Positions 1 to 10,827 of a stretch of DNA of 64,000 nt are shown piece after piece. Origin of the DNA: an uncultured Verrucomicrobiales bacterium (lineage in GTDB: Bacteria; Verrucomicrobiota; Verrucomicrobiia; Verrucomicrobiales; DEV007); the NCBI GenBank assembly GCA_938091905.1, contig CALKOM010000023.1, forward strand, positions 64,001-128,000. Reading direction: 5' to 3'. A program made the translations under genes and the position numbers. Within the stretch, counting starts at the first letter, position 1, and every line of letters starts with the position of its first letter. The notes below the pieces were generated by a model that saw nothing but the letters and a program-made list of their open reading frames with translations, had not been told where the DNA came from and did no database searches.

Positions 1-1805
1 TCGAAGCCGCTGCTCCCAGTGACGTGGTCGCAAACTACCGTCAGGGTTGGTCGGCATTGAGCGAACTCATCGGTCAGGGACGATCCTTTAGTGGTTATGA
101 GAGGAACTGCACCTTCCTTAATATCAAAGGCAAACGCTTTGCCACTGCCTCCGCTGCTACTGGTCTAGACCTGATCGATGATAGCCGCGCAATCGCCACC
201 TGTGATTGGGATGACGATGGCCACTTGGACCTGTGGGTGATGAACCGCACGGCACCCCGCGTACGCTTTCTTCGCAATCAGGGCGGACAATGGTTTTCGC
301 TCGGCACTTCTCTTCAGTTAGAATTGCGTGGCACGACGTCGAACCGAGATGCTATCGGGGCGCGAGTTGTCGTGAAGCTGAAGGGCGATCCCAAACCCAT
401 GGTCCGTACGGTGAGGGCGGGGGATGGTTTCCTTTCCCAGTCTAGCAAACGTCTCCATTTCGGATTCGATTCTACATCCGAACTTGAGCGCCTCACGGTT
501 CATTGGCCCAGCGGCAAGGCCGAGGACTTCGATGTCTCTAAGATCGAGATTGGCGCAAAGTCGTACTTACCCCGCAGAGGAAGGGCGTCGCGAGCCGAAC
601 GTGACGGAACCTTTCTCCTAACACAAGGTGGAGCGATCGACTGGCCCAATTGGACGGAACGTTTGCCTGAGAAAGCTCCGGCAGCCGCTGTCTCTAATCG
701 AGAGGCAGCGACTCGCACCTGGATCATCGGACGCGTGCCAATGCCTGGAACTGAGAAAAATCTTGGGAAACCGACGCTACTTAACCTTTGGTCTAGCACG
801 TGCAGCGACTGTGTTTCGGAGCTAACAGAATGGACAAAGGCAGAGAAACGCATCCGTACAGCGGGTTTGGATATCGTCGCTCTGTCTGTCGATCATCTCA
901 GCGGAGATCCGGTCACCAGAGGCGAAGCCTTTCTCAAGAAGATCAATTTCCCCTTCAAGCATGACAAAGCCACACAGGCGCAGGTCAATGCAATGGAAGT
1001 CGTTCATCGCACCTTCGTGGAACGGCAACAGCCTCTCCCAGTGCCAACAAGTTTCCTCCTAGATGCACAGGGACGCGTGGCTGCTATTTACAAAGGACGT
1101 GTCACTGTGGAGACCTTGCTATCGGATGTCGCCTTGCTCAACGCTAGGCTTATCGTCCAGCGAGATTCCGCCGTCCCCTATCCCGGTCGGTGGTCTTCGA
1201 GACCCTTTTCGGCTAATCCAAACCGTGTCGCGGCGACCTTTGAGAAGGCGGGGCAAATCAACGAGGCTGCCGCCTACTTGGAGCAATTTCTTAGCGGTGC
1301 ACGGGATTACCTACAGGGTGAATTTGGCAGCACAGAGCAGCAACTGATCACCGTGATCACTGCTCACACCTTGTTAGGCGACTTCTTGCTCAAGCTACAG
1401 CGTTCTCCCAAGGCATCGCTCGTTTACGCCAACTTACTCAAGCTTGCGCCCAAGGATGGAGATCTTCACCAGTCGATTGGCGAACACCTCCTCCGCCAGA
1501 ATCTCGCCAAACCTGCCCTAGCCCACCTCAAGCTGGCCAACAGCTTGCTGCCTCAGAACGCGAACCTTGCGTTCAATACAGGCTTGGCCTCGCTGGGATC
1601 GGGGCAGGCGAAACAAGCGCTGTCATTCTTTCAGAACGCTCTTAAGTTGCAGCCGAACGATCCCGTCACGCTCTATCAGATGGCAGCTGCGTTAGAATTA
1701 CTTAACCGACGGGAGGAGGCGATTACGCACTGCCGTGCTGCGCTGAAAGCGCGACCTAACTGGGACCTCGCTGAGCAGAAACTCGCAACATTGTTACGGC
1801 CCTAG
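1..1805 (+). CDS. ASPIC/UnbV (CRTAC1-like, FG-GAP) domain + TlpA-like redoxin + TPR protein, 5'-truncated by window edge
   Basis: Frame is open back to base 3. Contains FG-GAP-like DWDDDGHLDL, ASPIC/UnbV motif NRDAIGARV...GDGFLSQSSKRLHFG...VHWPSG, thioredoxin-like LNLWSSTCSDC and PVPTSFLLD, and C-terminal TPR-like helices. Confidence 0.8.
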   Translation, partial: EAAAPSDVVANYRQGWSALSELIGQGRSFSGYERNCTFLNIKGKRFATASAATGLDLIDDSRAIATCDWDDDGHLDLWVMNRTAPRVRFLRNQGGQWFSLGTSLQLELRGTTSNRDAIGARVVVKLKGDPKPMVRTVRAGDGFLSQSSKRLHFGFDSTSELERLTVHWPSGKAEDFDVSKIEIGAKSYLPRRGRASRAERDGTFLLTQGGAIDWPNWTERLPEKAPAAAVSNREAATRTWIIGRVPMPGTEKNLGKPTLLNLWSSTCSDCVSELTEWTKAEKRIRTAGLDIVALSVDHLSGDPVTRGEAFLKKINFPFKHDKATQAQVNAMEVVHRTFVERQQPLPVPTSFLLDAQGRVAAIYKGRVTVETLLSDVALLNARLIVQRDSAVPYPGRWSSRPFSANPNRVAATFEKAGQINEAAAYLEQFLSGARDYLQGEFGSTEQQLITVITAHTLLGDFLLKLQRSPKASLVYANLLKLAPKDGDLHQSIGEHLLRQNLAKPALAHLKLANSLLPQNANLAFNTGLASLGSGQAKQALSFFQNALKLQPNDPVTLYQMAAALELLNRREEAITHCRAALKARPNWDLAEQKLATLLRP

Positions 1806-1837
1806 GCTTCTACCTCGACGCCACCCCGCTGATTTAA

Positions 1838-3088
1838 GTAATCAATGCCCACCAACACGGTAATCTGCAAGAAATACTACGTTTTATCGAACTCCCACTC
1901 TATCTTCTCGGCCAGCGACGAGCTATTCAGCGTGTTTGTGAGAGTTCTTGGTCACTCGTGATCGGCGCGTTGCTCATTGCGACTGCGGTCATCGCACGGA
2001 ACTAAGACAACGCCGCGATCCTTCTCCGCCCCGGGCGCATCATCGCACCCTACGCTTTCTCGCTCGTCTCATCACTGTGGATCTACGGGTACGATACAGG
2101 GCCTATCGTTTGCATCAGGTTGAAGTGAAGGCTACCTACTGGCAGTAGTACCGTGCCTTCCTCGGTGCGTTCTGGATGACCGCACCGATTGCTTGGCTCT
2201 ACGCGCTTCCCTTGGAGCAATGGATGGATCCTGTCGCTGCCGCCCGGGGAAATGTCTGGCTGCTAGTAATCGTTTCTCTTCGGGGAGTGCTCCTGATCAG
2301 CCGCGTGGCTAGCGTCCTATCTGGAGCTTCTTTCTTTGCGACCGGTGTTTTTGTCACCGCCGCTGCCAGTTTCGAATTCATCGTGGCAGGCGTCGTCCAG
2401 CAGTTCACTAACTTTGAACGAGGCATCGCTTCCAGCATGGCTGGCACTCGGATCGAGCAGTCGCCAGCCGAGCGCGCTGCTGAAACTCTTATCGGCCAAC
2501 TAGCTATTCTTCCCTTTGGAATCGTGATTGTGTCATCGATCACCACTCTAGCACTCACCAAGTACCGGAAACGACCATTTCCCAAGGTCTCGTTTGGCCC
2601 GGTGCCGATCACCTAGCTCCTGTTTGGCATCGCCATCCCGATCATCGCGGGACGGCTCGCCAAACCCATGCAGCAAGCCGAAATCCATTGGAGCCGCTTG
2701 GAGTCACAACTCATGAAGAGCCAGTATGTCGCCGCGTTGGACTACTTCGAATCGGTCGGACCAGACGCCTTCCCCAAGGGCATGGCCATTCCCATCGGCC
2801 CTGATCAATATCAAGCTATCTGGCTTCTTCCCAAGCTTCTCCCTCACCTAAACGAGACACGCCCGGAATGGATGCGGACTCTCTACCCGAATCACACCAA
2901 AAACTTGGTCGGTATGCTCCATACCCTACGGTGGCGGAGGACCAGCGCTGCTCAAGAAACTCACCCAGGGGGTCTTGAAGCTCCCTGACAGGGAGGCCTT
3001 CATCAAAGAGTACCTAGAGACTTGGCTCAGTGCTCCCGGTGAACCGCTTATTCTGGGTGAATTGGGTATTCACCCAATTCTCGACTAA
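1838..3088 (+). pseudogene. Disrupted polytopic membrane protein (PVC-type hypothetical)
   Basis: Continuous hydrophobic protein (…SWSLVIGALLIATAVIARN*DN…YWQ*YRAFLGAFWMTAPIAWLYALP…PIT*LLFGIAIP…) broken by TAA 2003, TAG 2146, TAG 2614 and at least two frameshifts. The start is approximate. Confidence 0.6.
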
Positions 3089-3101
3089 CAATCTCCACAA
3101 T

Positions 3102-6100
3102 TCAACGGACGCGCACGCGATAATACCCGTTGCCAACCTGGGCCCGAGTCGTATCGTCATCCGTTAGAGTCGATTCAGCGCTTGTCGCCGTCACGGTGCC
3201 GATGGATTGCCAATCAGCATTCAAGGCAGACGCGTATTCCACTTCATAGGTCTTACCCACGACACTCGACCAATAAAGCTCGATCGGAGTCGCAGAACGC
3301 TGCACAGATGTTAGACGGAAGTAATCCGCAGGGTTGTTAGGATCGGTCCCAGCAAACGCTTCGCTCTCATCAGAAACGCCATCGCCATCCGAATCCATGG
3401 TCGGTGCCGTCGGCCCCTCTGACACACTCCCCGGAGAACCCTCGAACTCGCCCACCAACCACGCGTCCGCCATCGAAAGATCGCCGTGTCCAATCACATC
3501 GCGTAAACGCAACGATCGCCCATCGCCATCCGCTTCCGTCGGCCAGCCATCGCTGTCATCATAGCTAAACTCGGCAATCGGCGAACCTGCCCCAAAGGAA
3601 AGCTTCACCCGCTCCCCACCATTAGCAAATCTGCCAGAATAAACACCCGCCACCAAAGGATCAGCACCATAACGCGCCGTAAAGGCCTCCGCATTACCCA
3701 CCACCAACACCGTCGCCTCAGGTGCCAGTGTCACTACATCCCCCGACACAAAGTCAAAGTCCACCCCCTTGGTGAAACGGACAGGCTCAAGATCCAGCGG
3801 CACACTCCCCGCATTATAGAGCTCCACGAACTCAAAGTCTTCCCGACGGAATCCCGCAGCCAGCTCCGCCTCGCTTGGCGCTCCCGGATGATACATCAAC
3901 TCCGTGATCACCAGAGAATCATACACACTCAGATCCGGTGTCCCGGCCACAAACTCCACCGCCTCCGACCAGCGACTCCAACCACCCCGCTGATTCAAAT
4001 GGCGCACCCGGGCACGATATGTATAGCCCGGACGCACCATATTGGTAGGAATCGTCATTTCTTCCGTGATCTTGTCCACAAGATCACTCTCCCAAACACC
4101 CTCGATCTCGTAGCGCCAAGGAGTCCCTACTTCATAATTCGGCGTTGAGGGATTGTAGATCTCCCCAAGTCGCCACTGCATACTCACAAACTCCTGACTC
4201 TGAAAAATCGTCCCACCAGAAAACTCGCCTGAGATGAATGTCAGACCATCCACCGGAAACCCATCCGCCCCCGTGTAGCTGATCGTCGGCCGATCAGGCG
4301 CATTGCCATCATCCCCCTCTTTTCTAACATGATTATAGCCATAGCCACGCTGATCTCCATCTCCCACGCTGAAATCATCGGGATCGGTATTTGTCGTGAA
4401 CGCCTTAAGATACTCAGCAAATCCTGACACATCCGCTGTCAGTAAGGTTCGCGTCAAGTCACCTCCCCGAAAGCTCTGAGTCGTCGGGTTCGCGTAGAAG
4501 TTGCCCGTGTGACCGCCTGTCGTCCGTGGATGATTGTTCCACATCGCCAGATCGATCTCCGCCCACACAGAACCACCACCTGCAGACGTGCCCACCTGCA
4601 CGCCATCAACCGAACTCGGCGCTGAAGAGAATATCGATACCTTGATCGTAAACATCGTCGGATCCACCACCGTGATCTCATGATCGCCATTGTAGCCACT
4701 AGCGGCCACACCCATAATCGACACCAGATCCCCCGTCGCATAATCATGCGCACTTGCAGTGACAACCGTTGCCTTACTTCCAGCCTTCGTGATCGCCGCC
4801 ACATCGATCCAATCCTTTCGGCTTCCCACCCACTGCAAATTCTCCTCAACCACCGATCCCACTTGGCCACCACCCGCCGTGCCATCTTCTAACAGAAGAT
4901 CCAGCAGCTCCCGACAGAAGTTCGCATACTCGATCGCGATCTCATCCTGATTCAGACAAGCCTTCGCATCGATCGTCCCACTCCAATGCGTCTCCGGCAT
5001 GAACGTCATGTCCAAATCCCAAGGCACCGGCGACCACACTCCGTTGGGATTCTGATAGAAGAAATGATTCCACCCCTCACGAATATCAATATTTCCCACC
5101 GCACGATTGATTGCACGGAAACCATAGTAATGTGATAGATTCATGTTCTCCCGCCACCACTCGACAGGCTGGCTGCGCCGCGCTTGGGAAATGAACGCAC
5201 TGTAGCTACTATCGATCGGCCCCTGGTGTTTCTGATCACCATTCCCGCCCTCGATCTTGTAAGTATTTCCCTCAGGCAACCCCAAGCGATTCAGCATCCG
5301 CCCATCGGGCGTCTCCTGACTCAAATACAATCCCCACAAATCGCCCCCATACTGATCACTGCTAGGAGTCTCCTCAGCCTCATCGATCACCCGGAAATGC
5401 AAATGATGCATCTTAGGCGAAGGCACACCCGCCAGCGCCTGCAAGCGAAACGCCGTCGTCTCGTCCAGACCAGACATCCCACGATTCGCCGGCACCCAAG
5501 GAGACGCACACGCCGTGAAATTCATCACCCGAAAACCACCCGGATACGCAATCCCATAGTTGTCACGCGCCCGAAAGTTGTTCCCGCGATTGAAGAAGAA
5601 TTTCCACTTATTCTTACCACTTTGATAGGTCGAGAACTCGCCCCGCACCCGAAACTCCACATGATCATACACCCACCCCTCATAGACCATGGTCCCCAGA
5701 AAGCGGACCTCTTCACTTCCTCGATTGTACTGGGAACGCTCCACATCCGCATTGTCCGCAATCAAATGGTAGACTGGTAGAACGGACATCTCCTCCGAAG
5801 TAAACGTACGCTTCGGTGCCTTGCCAGGCTCGGGTGAACCGCTCCAAGCGGGCACGCCATCATAGACAAAGAAGGCGCGATTGGCCGAAGGATCATCCTC
5901 ATAAGGCAACCTCACCACGTTCCCCACCGCATCTTCGGCAACCACGCGATAACGCACCAAACTTCGATGCGCCACGATGGCGACAGGTACGGTGGCTGAA
6001 TAGATGTCATCCATAGCCACGGCATCGCCACCCGTGCCGTCATCATTCATAGGAACGGATTCCCATGAAGACGCATACGCATCATCCGACAGACGCAGGT

Positions 6101-6800
6101 ATTCACCCGGCTTTAACTCTTGCAATTCTAACATCACTCGAGCCACACCATCAACATCAGTCGCCTTCGCACTGATGACCACCGTCTCACCCGACTTAGG
6201 TTGATCTGGAAGATGCTCCACTTGGCGCACTGCAGGCGGAGGATTCTCGGTAAGCACGCTATTCACTTTGCCAGGCGTCGGTTCCACACTCGTTCGCCAA
6301 TGGCCAGAAAGGCCATTGGCCAAACCTGGATGCATCAACTCCATGCTCAGATCATTGTCATCGTCTGACCCGCCGTCGGCTCCCACCGGCCAAGGAAAGT
6401 TATCCTGATAGTTCACCTTATCGACCACCACATTCTCGGCATTGCGGAGGGTCAGGGTCTCTCCGCTATTCGAAAGCGTTCCGCTCTCCCACGCTCCCTT
6501 CGCCTTCACCCCACCGGTAAAGATCGATCCAAATTTGCGATTGTAAGCACCCTCGTCCTGCGCAAGGACCCAATAACCATCCGCGTCGATCGCAGAGCCT
6601 TCAGGAAAGACGTGCTCAATCCCTTCCGTAAACGACCAACCCGACAGATCAATCGCTCCATCGGTTGGATTGTGTAGCTCCACGAACTCAACGAATTCGG
6701 TAGGATCAGCCGGATGATAGTGAATCTCATTGATCACCACCGTTTGAGACCAGGCGCAGGGGGCGAACGCCAAGACTAGAAAGGTGAATAGCTTCTTCAT
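3102..6800 (-). CDS. Secreted lamin-tail-domain / CotH-kinase family protein with C-terminal YRVRV domain
   Basis: Signal peptide (…APCAWS). Two LTD-like domains (VVINEIHYHP..EFVELHN; LVITELMYHP..EFVELYN). CotH motifs RVRGEFS, KWKFFF, GLYLSQE, PWDLDMTF. Ends DSDGDG..GTDP..YYRVRVR. Confidence 0.85.
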   Translation of the reverse strand: MKKLFTFLVLAFAPCAWSQTVVINEIHYHPADPTEFVEFVELHNPTDGAIDLSGWSFTEGIEHVFPEGSAIDADGYWVLAQDEGAYNRKFGSIFTGGVKAKGAWESGTLSNSGETLTLRNAENVVVDKVNYQDNFPWPVGADGGSDDDNDLSMELMHPGLANGLSGHWRTSVEPTPGKVNSVLTENPPPAVRQVEHLPDQPKSGETVVISAKATDVDGVARVMLELQELKPGEYLRLSDDAYASSWESVPMNDDGTGGDAVAMDDIYSATVPVAIVAHRSLVRYRVVAEDAVGNVVRLPYEDDPSANRAFFVYDGVPAWSGSPEPGKAPKRTFTSEEMSVLPVYHLIADNADVERSQYNRGSEEVRFLGTMVYEGWVYDHVEFRVRGEFSTYQSGKNKWKFFFNRGNNFRARDNYGIAYPGGFRVMNFTACASPWVPANRGMSGLDETTAFRLQALAGVPSPKMHHLHFRVIDEAEETPSSDQYGGDLWGLYLSQETPDGRMLNRLGLPEGNTYKIEGGNGDQKHQGPIDSSYSAFISQARRSQPVEWWRENMNLSHYYGFRAINRAVGNIDIREGWNHFFYQNPNGVWSPVPWDLDMTFMPETHWSGTIDAKACLNQDEIAIEYANFCRELLDLLLEDGTAGGGQVGSVVEENLQWVGSRKDWIDVAAITKAGSKATVVTASAHDYATGDLVSIMGVAASGYNGDHEITVVDPTMFTIKVSIFSSAPSSVDGVQVGTSAGGGSVWAEIDLAMWNNHPRTTGGHTGNFYANPTTQSFRGGDLTRTLLTADVSGFAEYLKAFTTNTDPDDFSVGDGDQRGYGYNHVRKEGDDGNAPDRPTISYTGADGFPVDGLTFISGEFSGGTIFQSQEFVSMQWRLGEIYNPSTPNYEVGTPWRYEIEGVWESDLVDKITEEMTIPTNMVRPGYTYRARVRHLNQRGGWSRWSEAVEFVAGTPDLSVYDSLVITELMYHPGAPSEAELAAGFRREDFEFVELYNAGSVPLDLEPVRFTKGVDFDFVSGDVVTLAPEATVLVVGNAEAFTARYGADPLVAGVYSGRFANGGERVKLSFGAGSPIAEFSYDDSDGWPTEADGDGRSLRLRDVIGHGDLSMADAWLVGEFEGSPGSVSEGPTAPTMDSDGDGVSDESEAFAGTDPNNPADYFRLTSVQRSATPIELYWSSVVGKTYEVEYASALNADWQSIGTVTATSAESTLTDDDTTRAQVGNGYYRVRVR

Positions 6801-6996
6801 AGGGATGACCTCTTATCCCAGCGAGATCCTTCCCGGATGTCGAGCGAATCCTCCGGCACCTCCCCTGAAGCCAGTTCTCAAGGTACCGCATCGTTGCGAG
6901 ACTCCACGATAGGGTCCAACAGCCACTCCTTTGGCGAAGACTGTATACGGAATACTCGCTCCGTAGTCAAATAGATCACACTTGCACATCGAGCGA

Positions 6997-8351
6997 CTAA
7001 GCCAACGTGACTGGTCGCGACGATGTGGTCGAGGATGGCCTTGTGCCCAGTTCTAGCAGTACCGCAACAGCCGTCAACGCGGCAGAGAAGATGAGCCCGC
7101 TCACGGGAAAATGCATAAAGGGCTCAAACGGCACCCAAGGTAACACCAGGAACGCAAACAAGGGTAGCAAAACTTCATTCTCCAGTGACGATCCATGACC
7201 AAGCCCCTTAAAGCCCATCACCAAGCTGACAGGCAGGAGCGCGTAGTGAATAAAGGTCCATGAGGTCATCACCAGGTAAGGTCTCCGAGGCAGAGAAGTT
7301 AAGAACCTTCTCAACGTAGGAAACCCTCGCCCAGAAATCGCCAAGACGAATGCACCCGCGACCACGGACAAAGAGAACACGTAGACAGCAGGAGCCAAAG
7401 GCGCTCCCTGGTTGAACCCCGTTTCTGCTAGTTCGATGTTGACCATAATCAGGCTGTTCAGAAAGGACGTCATTCTCACAAGAACAGAACCTATCAGAAA
7501 ACCGCAGATTGCGGTGGGCAGCACATCATATCTCCCAGAGATCTGCGGCTTCCGGTAAGCCTGGAAGGCAAACCAAGCGATCAAACAATAGGCCAATGGC
7601 TGAATCCAAATCGTCACGGGTGAAATCGCCGCCTCTCCGTTCATCCTCATCTCCATGCCGAACTTAGAGCTGCCGTTACCGTTTGAAAGAAACTGGACCA
7701 AACAAAAGTACCAAGCACGACCAACGACCACCTGGGAAAACAGAGTTCCCAACACGATTAGCGAGAACGCTCGGGTGCTGAACGGCAGCGCGCAAGAAGT
7801 TTGCTGAGCCAGCCCACACGCCCATGTAAACAGCGATAGATCAAATACACCATCACCCCAAGGGCCACAGCACGAACACCTGCCGTGAGTAGCGTTGCCA
7901 AACTCACCTCATCCCATCTAATGATATCGGCAGAAGCTTCCGTGCTCGTGGCACGAAAAGCACTGTTTTCCACATACACAGACCACGGCAACGAACAAAC
8001 CACCTTGCCCAAACCGAAGTGCCAAAGCACGCGTTCAAACAGAGAGGTAATCATACCAGCCGCACTCAACAAGACGCCCACTGACATGTAACCAACGAGC
8101 ATCGCAAGCATTCGGCGCTTCCACGACACGTCCGGATGCACTTTGGCATACTCCGCATTCAGCGTCGACTCTTGCCCTAACTGAGCGCACGCTTCTTCAT
8201 ACGCCTCTTGAGAAGAGAGCCCCTGGGCCATGAGGGCATCAATCTCGTCACGCAGGTGGTTCTCGAGTTCTGTCAGGCTATCGAGATCAATCGAATCGTT
8301 CCGTGCTTACGTCTCGCGCCAAGAAGCGAGGGCTTTGTCTAAGTCGAACAT
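6997..8351 (-). pseudogene. Disrupted permease-prefix-domain membrane protein
   Basis: MFDLDKALASWRET*ARNDSIDLDSLTELENHLRDEIDALMAQGLSSQEAYEEACAQLG: an in-frame TAA at 8307-8309 interrupts the permease-prefix motif. A frameshift near 7760 joins it to the hydrophobic ORF 6997-7755. Overlaps the padR stop. Confidence 0.7.
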
Positions 8352-8686
8352 GCCACACCTCCTTCCCAGAGGCCTTCCAACGCCCCGTTCACCGCACGCC
8401 ACTCCCTCTTGCGCTTCTCCGTGGCCTTTCGTCCCGCTCGCTCGATGCGGTAGTACTTTCGGTCTCGGCCCGTCTCCGCTTTCTTCCAGAACGACCGGAT
8501 CAGTCCTTCCTGTTCCAACCGGTGAAGCACGGGATACAACATCCCATCGGTCCATTCTAGCTGCCCGGCCGAACGCTTCTTCACCTCCTGAATGATCGCG
8601 TAGCCGTAACTATCGCCCTGCGCAAGAACGGCCAGCACCAGCGGCTTCGAAGACGCCGCCACAAGTTCCCTAGGTGGCTTATCCAT
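8339..8686 (-). CDS. PadR family transcriptional regulator
   Basis: LVLAVLAQGDSYGYAII…WTDGMLYPVLHRLEQEGLI…GRDRKYYRI winged-helix signature. Confidence 0.92.
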   Translation of the reverse strand: MDKPPRELVAASSKPLVLAVLAQGDSYGYAIIQEVKKRSAGQLEWTDGMLYPVLHRLEQEGLIRSFWKKAETGRDRKYYRIERAGRKATEKRKREWRAVNGALEGLWEGGVACST

Positions 8687-8856
8687 GAGCCAATGATGCA
8701 TTGCTCAATAATGTATTCAGGAATTATCTACGAATCGCTAGAAAAAACGGAATTCCGGCCGCCCCAGTTCGACAATCTCGACCCACCCGCGCCAAAACGT
8801 TCCGCATTGCCACGTCGGCATGGAAGCCTTCAAGATACACCCAAAGCGTACTCACC

Positions 8857-9420
8857 ATGGGACAACGTCGCCAACATCGCCAGGAATACTCATTGGACTC
8901 GGGAGACCTCGAGCAACTCTCGCAGAAAGACATCGCTGCGGTTATTCGCGCCGTGGATGACCTCGTAGGCCGTGGCGGACGAACTATGGTCGGGAAGATT
9001 CTCAAGGGCTCGGCTTCAAAGGATGTGCTAGGACTCTGGTACGATAAGAATCCCGCCTACGGCCACTTCCGCGATCTCACGCTCGCCAAGATCGGTCAGC
9101 GGGTTGATTGAATGATCGAGCAGGGCTATTTGGAGATTCACCATTTAGGACGCTTACCCTGTCTATCCTTCTCTGAGAAGGGCTTGGCAAGGGCCTGCCG
9201 GATTCGCAGCGAGGAGTGGCCCCAACAGTGCTCGGCGAGGGTGCAGAGCGGTGGCCCCTACCTGATGACTTTCCTCAAAGACTGCAATCGCCGAACGATC
9301 TTTCAGTTGCTTGACGGCATCTCTCAAGAGCAAGACCCGAATTATCTCTTCGTTAGAGTCGTGGACCGAGATTGACTACTAGAAGGTCGCAGCTCGCATT
9401 CGGAGAGTCATCCGTGAGTG
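8857..9420 (+). pseudogene. Disrupted stand-alone RQC (winged-helix) domain protein
   Basis: GGRTMVGKILKGS…YGHFRDLT…RVD*MIEQGYL with TGA 9109-9111 where Trp is expected. A later frameshift leads into LESWTEIDY*KVAARIRRVI (TAG 9380). The end is approximate. Confidence 0.7.
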
Positions 9421-9802
9421 CCGAGGCGGATTCTCTGGGAGATCCGTTAGGTTGGTGCACTAGCCGAGAATCGGTAATGGATTGTGCCCGTGGTCACCCG
9501 CTTATCTGGAAGGAAGCGCCCAACTGCGTCTCGGCAACCTGATTTCGGAAAAATCTCGCGACAATGACAGACGCTCGTTAAGAACTCACCTGCAGGGTGA
9601 GCCTATTCATCGCCCTCTTTGCGTTTCCACTCCCTCTCCGACAAAGGCTCATCTCCCTCTTCCTGAATTCTCATTTCCGTTACTCGGCTTAGTAGACAGG
9701 GATATCAACACACCACCCATTGCCGCTAGCCCAAAGGTGTGACTCCGATTAAGTTTCAGATAGAAAAGCACCGGAAGGAGTAGTATCGCGGAGAACAGTT
9801 CC

Positions 9803-10810
9803 TCAAGACTGAGGAACTGTATTCTCGATAAAACGATAGAACAGCCGTTCGCGTGGCGAAGGTGCTGATTGGTCTTGGTAGGCGGTGGCACCGGTCCGCC
9901 CTGGATAGAAGGTCTCGATGGTCGTCCAGTTGCCATCGCCTAACAGCGTGGAACGCTCAATGTCATAGCTGACACCAAGTTCCGTTGCCCAGATAACCGT
10001 GATTTGCGTGGGGCTGTCACGAATGGCCATCGGCTCGAGGGGATCAGGAGCATCGACCGTGAGCACCAGTTCGGCTCCGCCTGGATTGTAAGTGCCTTGG
10101 GCGAACCGAAAGACGACATAGTGACCGTTCAGATACTTGTTTAAGGGATAGTAGCGAAGAATCGGGGATGTATCCGTTGTGATGAAATCTGTCTTTGCGT
10201 CCGGCGTCTCTGACAGGATAGCCATACTGAGGGAAGCCGATCCTGGATCAGTGTCCGTGACCCAAATTTCGATGGATGGCACCTTGTCTGCTGTGGCGAT
10301 GCCACCCAAACGTTGGGCATAGCCGAGGCCGTCAAAGACGATGCGTTCGTTGAACTGATAGACGACGACATGAGGCCCCGCGCCTAATCCGCCCCATTGC
10401 GCTCCGTAGTTGAAGCTGTTGTCGAGATCCGCTGGAGTGGGATTGGCATCGTAGAGGAACTCGGGAAGAAAGGTAGCACCTGTCGCGTTGGAACTACTAG
10501 TGGAGGCAATTGGGTCCTCAAGAATAAAGAGGTTCTCCTTGGGGCCGTAAGTGTTTGAAGCAGACGTTAGGGTTGCTTGCTCAGCGCCAACCTGAGATGG
10601 GTCATCGGTAAGGTGCTCTGTCCCGGCCCCTGTGGTCGCTGTGCCTTGGTTGGAAATGGCTGAATCTCCGAGTGGCAATGTGGATTCGACGGTGGTGCGA
10701 TAGATAACTTTCACCGTCTTGTCCGGAGGGAGGTCTCCTAGTGAGACAGAAACGTCTTGTGCCTGGGCGAGGCTGGCGCATGCCAACGCGAGGATGATGA
10801 GGCATTTCAT
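9803..10810 (-). CDS. Secreted protein: C-terminal half of a DUF11-like Ig domain + discoidin/F5-8-like domain + C-terminal FYR domain
   Basis: Signal peptide MKCLIILALACASLAQA. LGDLPPDKTVKVIYRTTV..ISNQGT..LTDDP (second half of DUF11-like fold). GLGYAQR..IEIWV..GHYVVFRF (discoidin-like). Tail W..YDIERST..W..FYRF. Confidence 0.6.
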   Translation of the reverse strand: MKCLIILALACASLAQAQDVSVSLGDLPPDKTVKVIYRTTVESTLPLGDSAISNQGTATTGAGTEHLTDDPSQVGAEQATLTSASNTYGPKENLFILEDPIASTSSSNATGATFLPEFLYDANPTPADLDNSFNYGAQWGGLGAGPHVVVYQFNERIVFDGLGYAQRLGGIATADKVPSIEIWVTDTDPGSASLSMAILSETPDAKTDFITTDTSPILRYYPLNKYLNGHYVVFRFAQGTYNPGGAELVLTVDAPDPLEPMAIRDSPTQITVIWATELGVSYDIERSTLLGDGNWTTIETFYPGRTGATAYQDQSAPSPRERLFYRFIENTVPQS

Positions 10811-10827
10811 AGGAATGAACGGTAATG

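Noticed and set aside
5184..5780. Long antisense ORFs (e.g. 5184-5780, 18002-18640, 47823-48413)
   Set aside because: They are shadows of well-supported genes on the opposite strand and have no motifs of their own.
1838..9420. Stop-codon reassignment or Sec/Pyl readthrough explaining the in-frame TAG/TGA/TAA codons
   Set aside because: All three stop types occur together with frameshifts, and housekeeping genes terminate normally at TAA, TAG and TGA.
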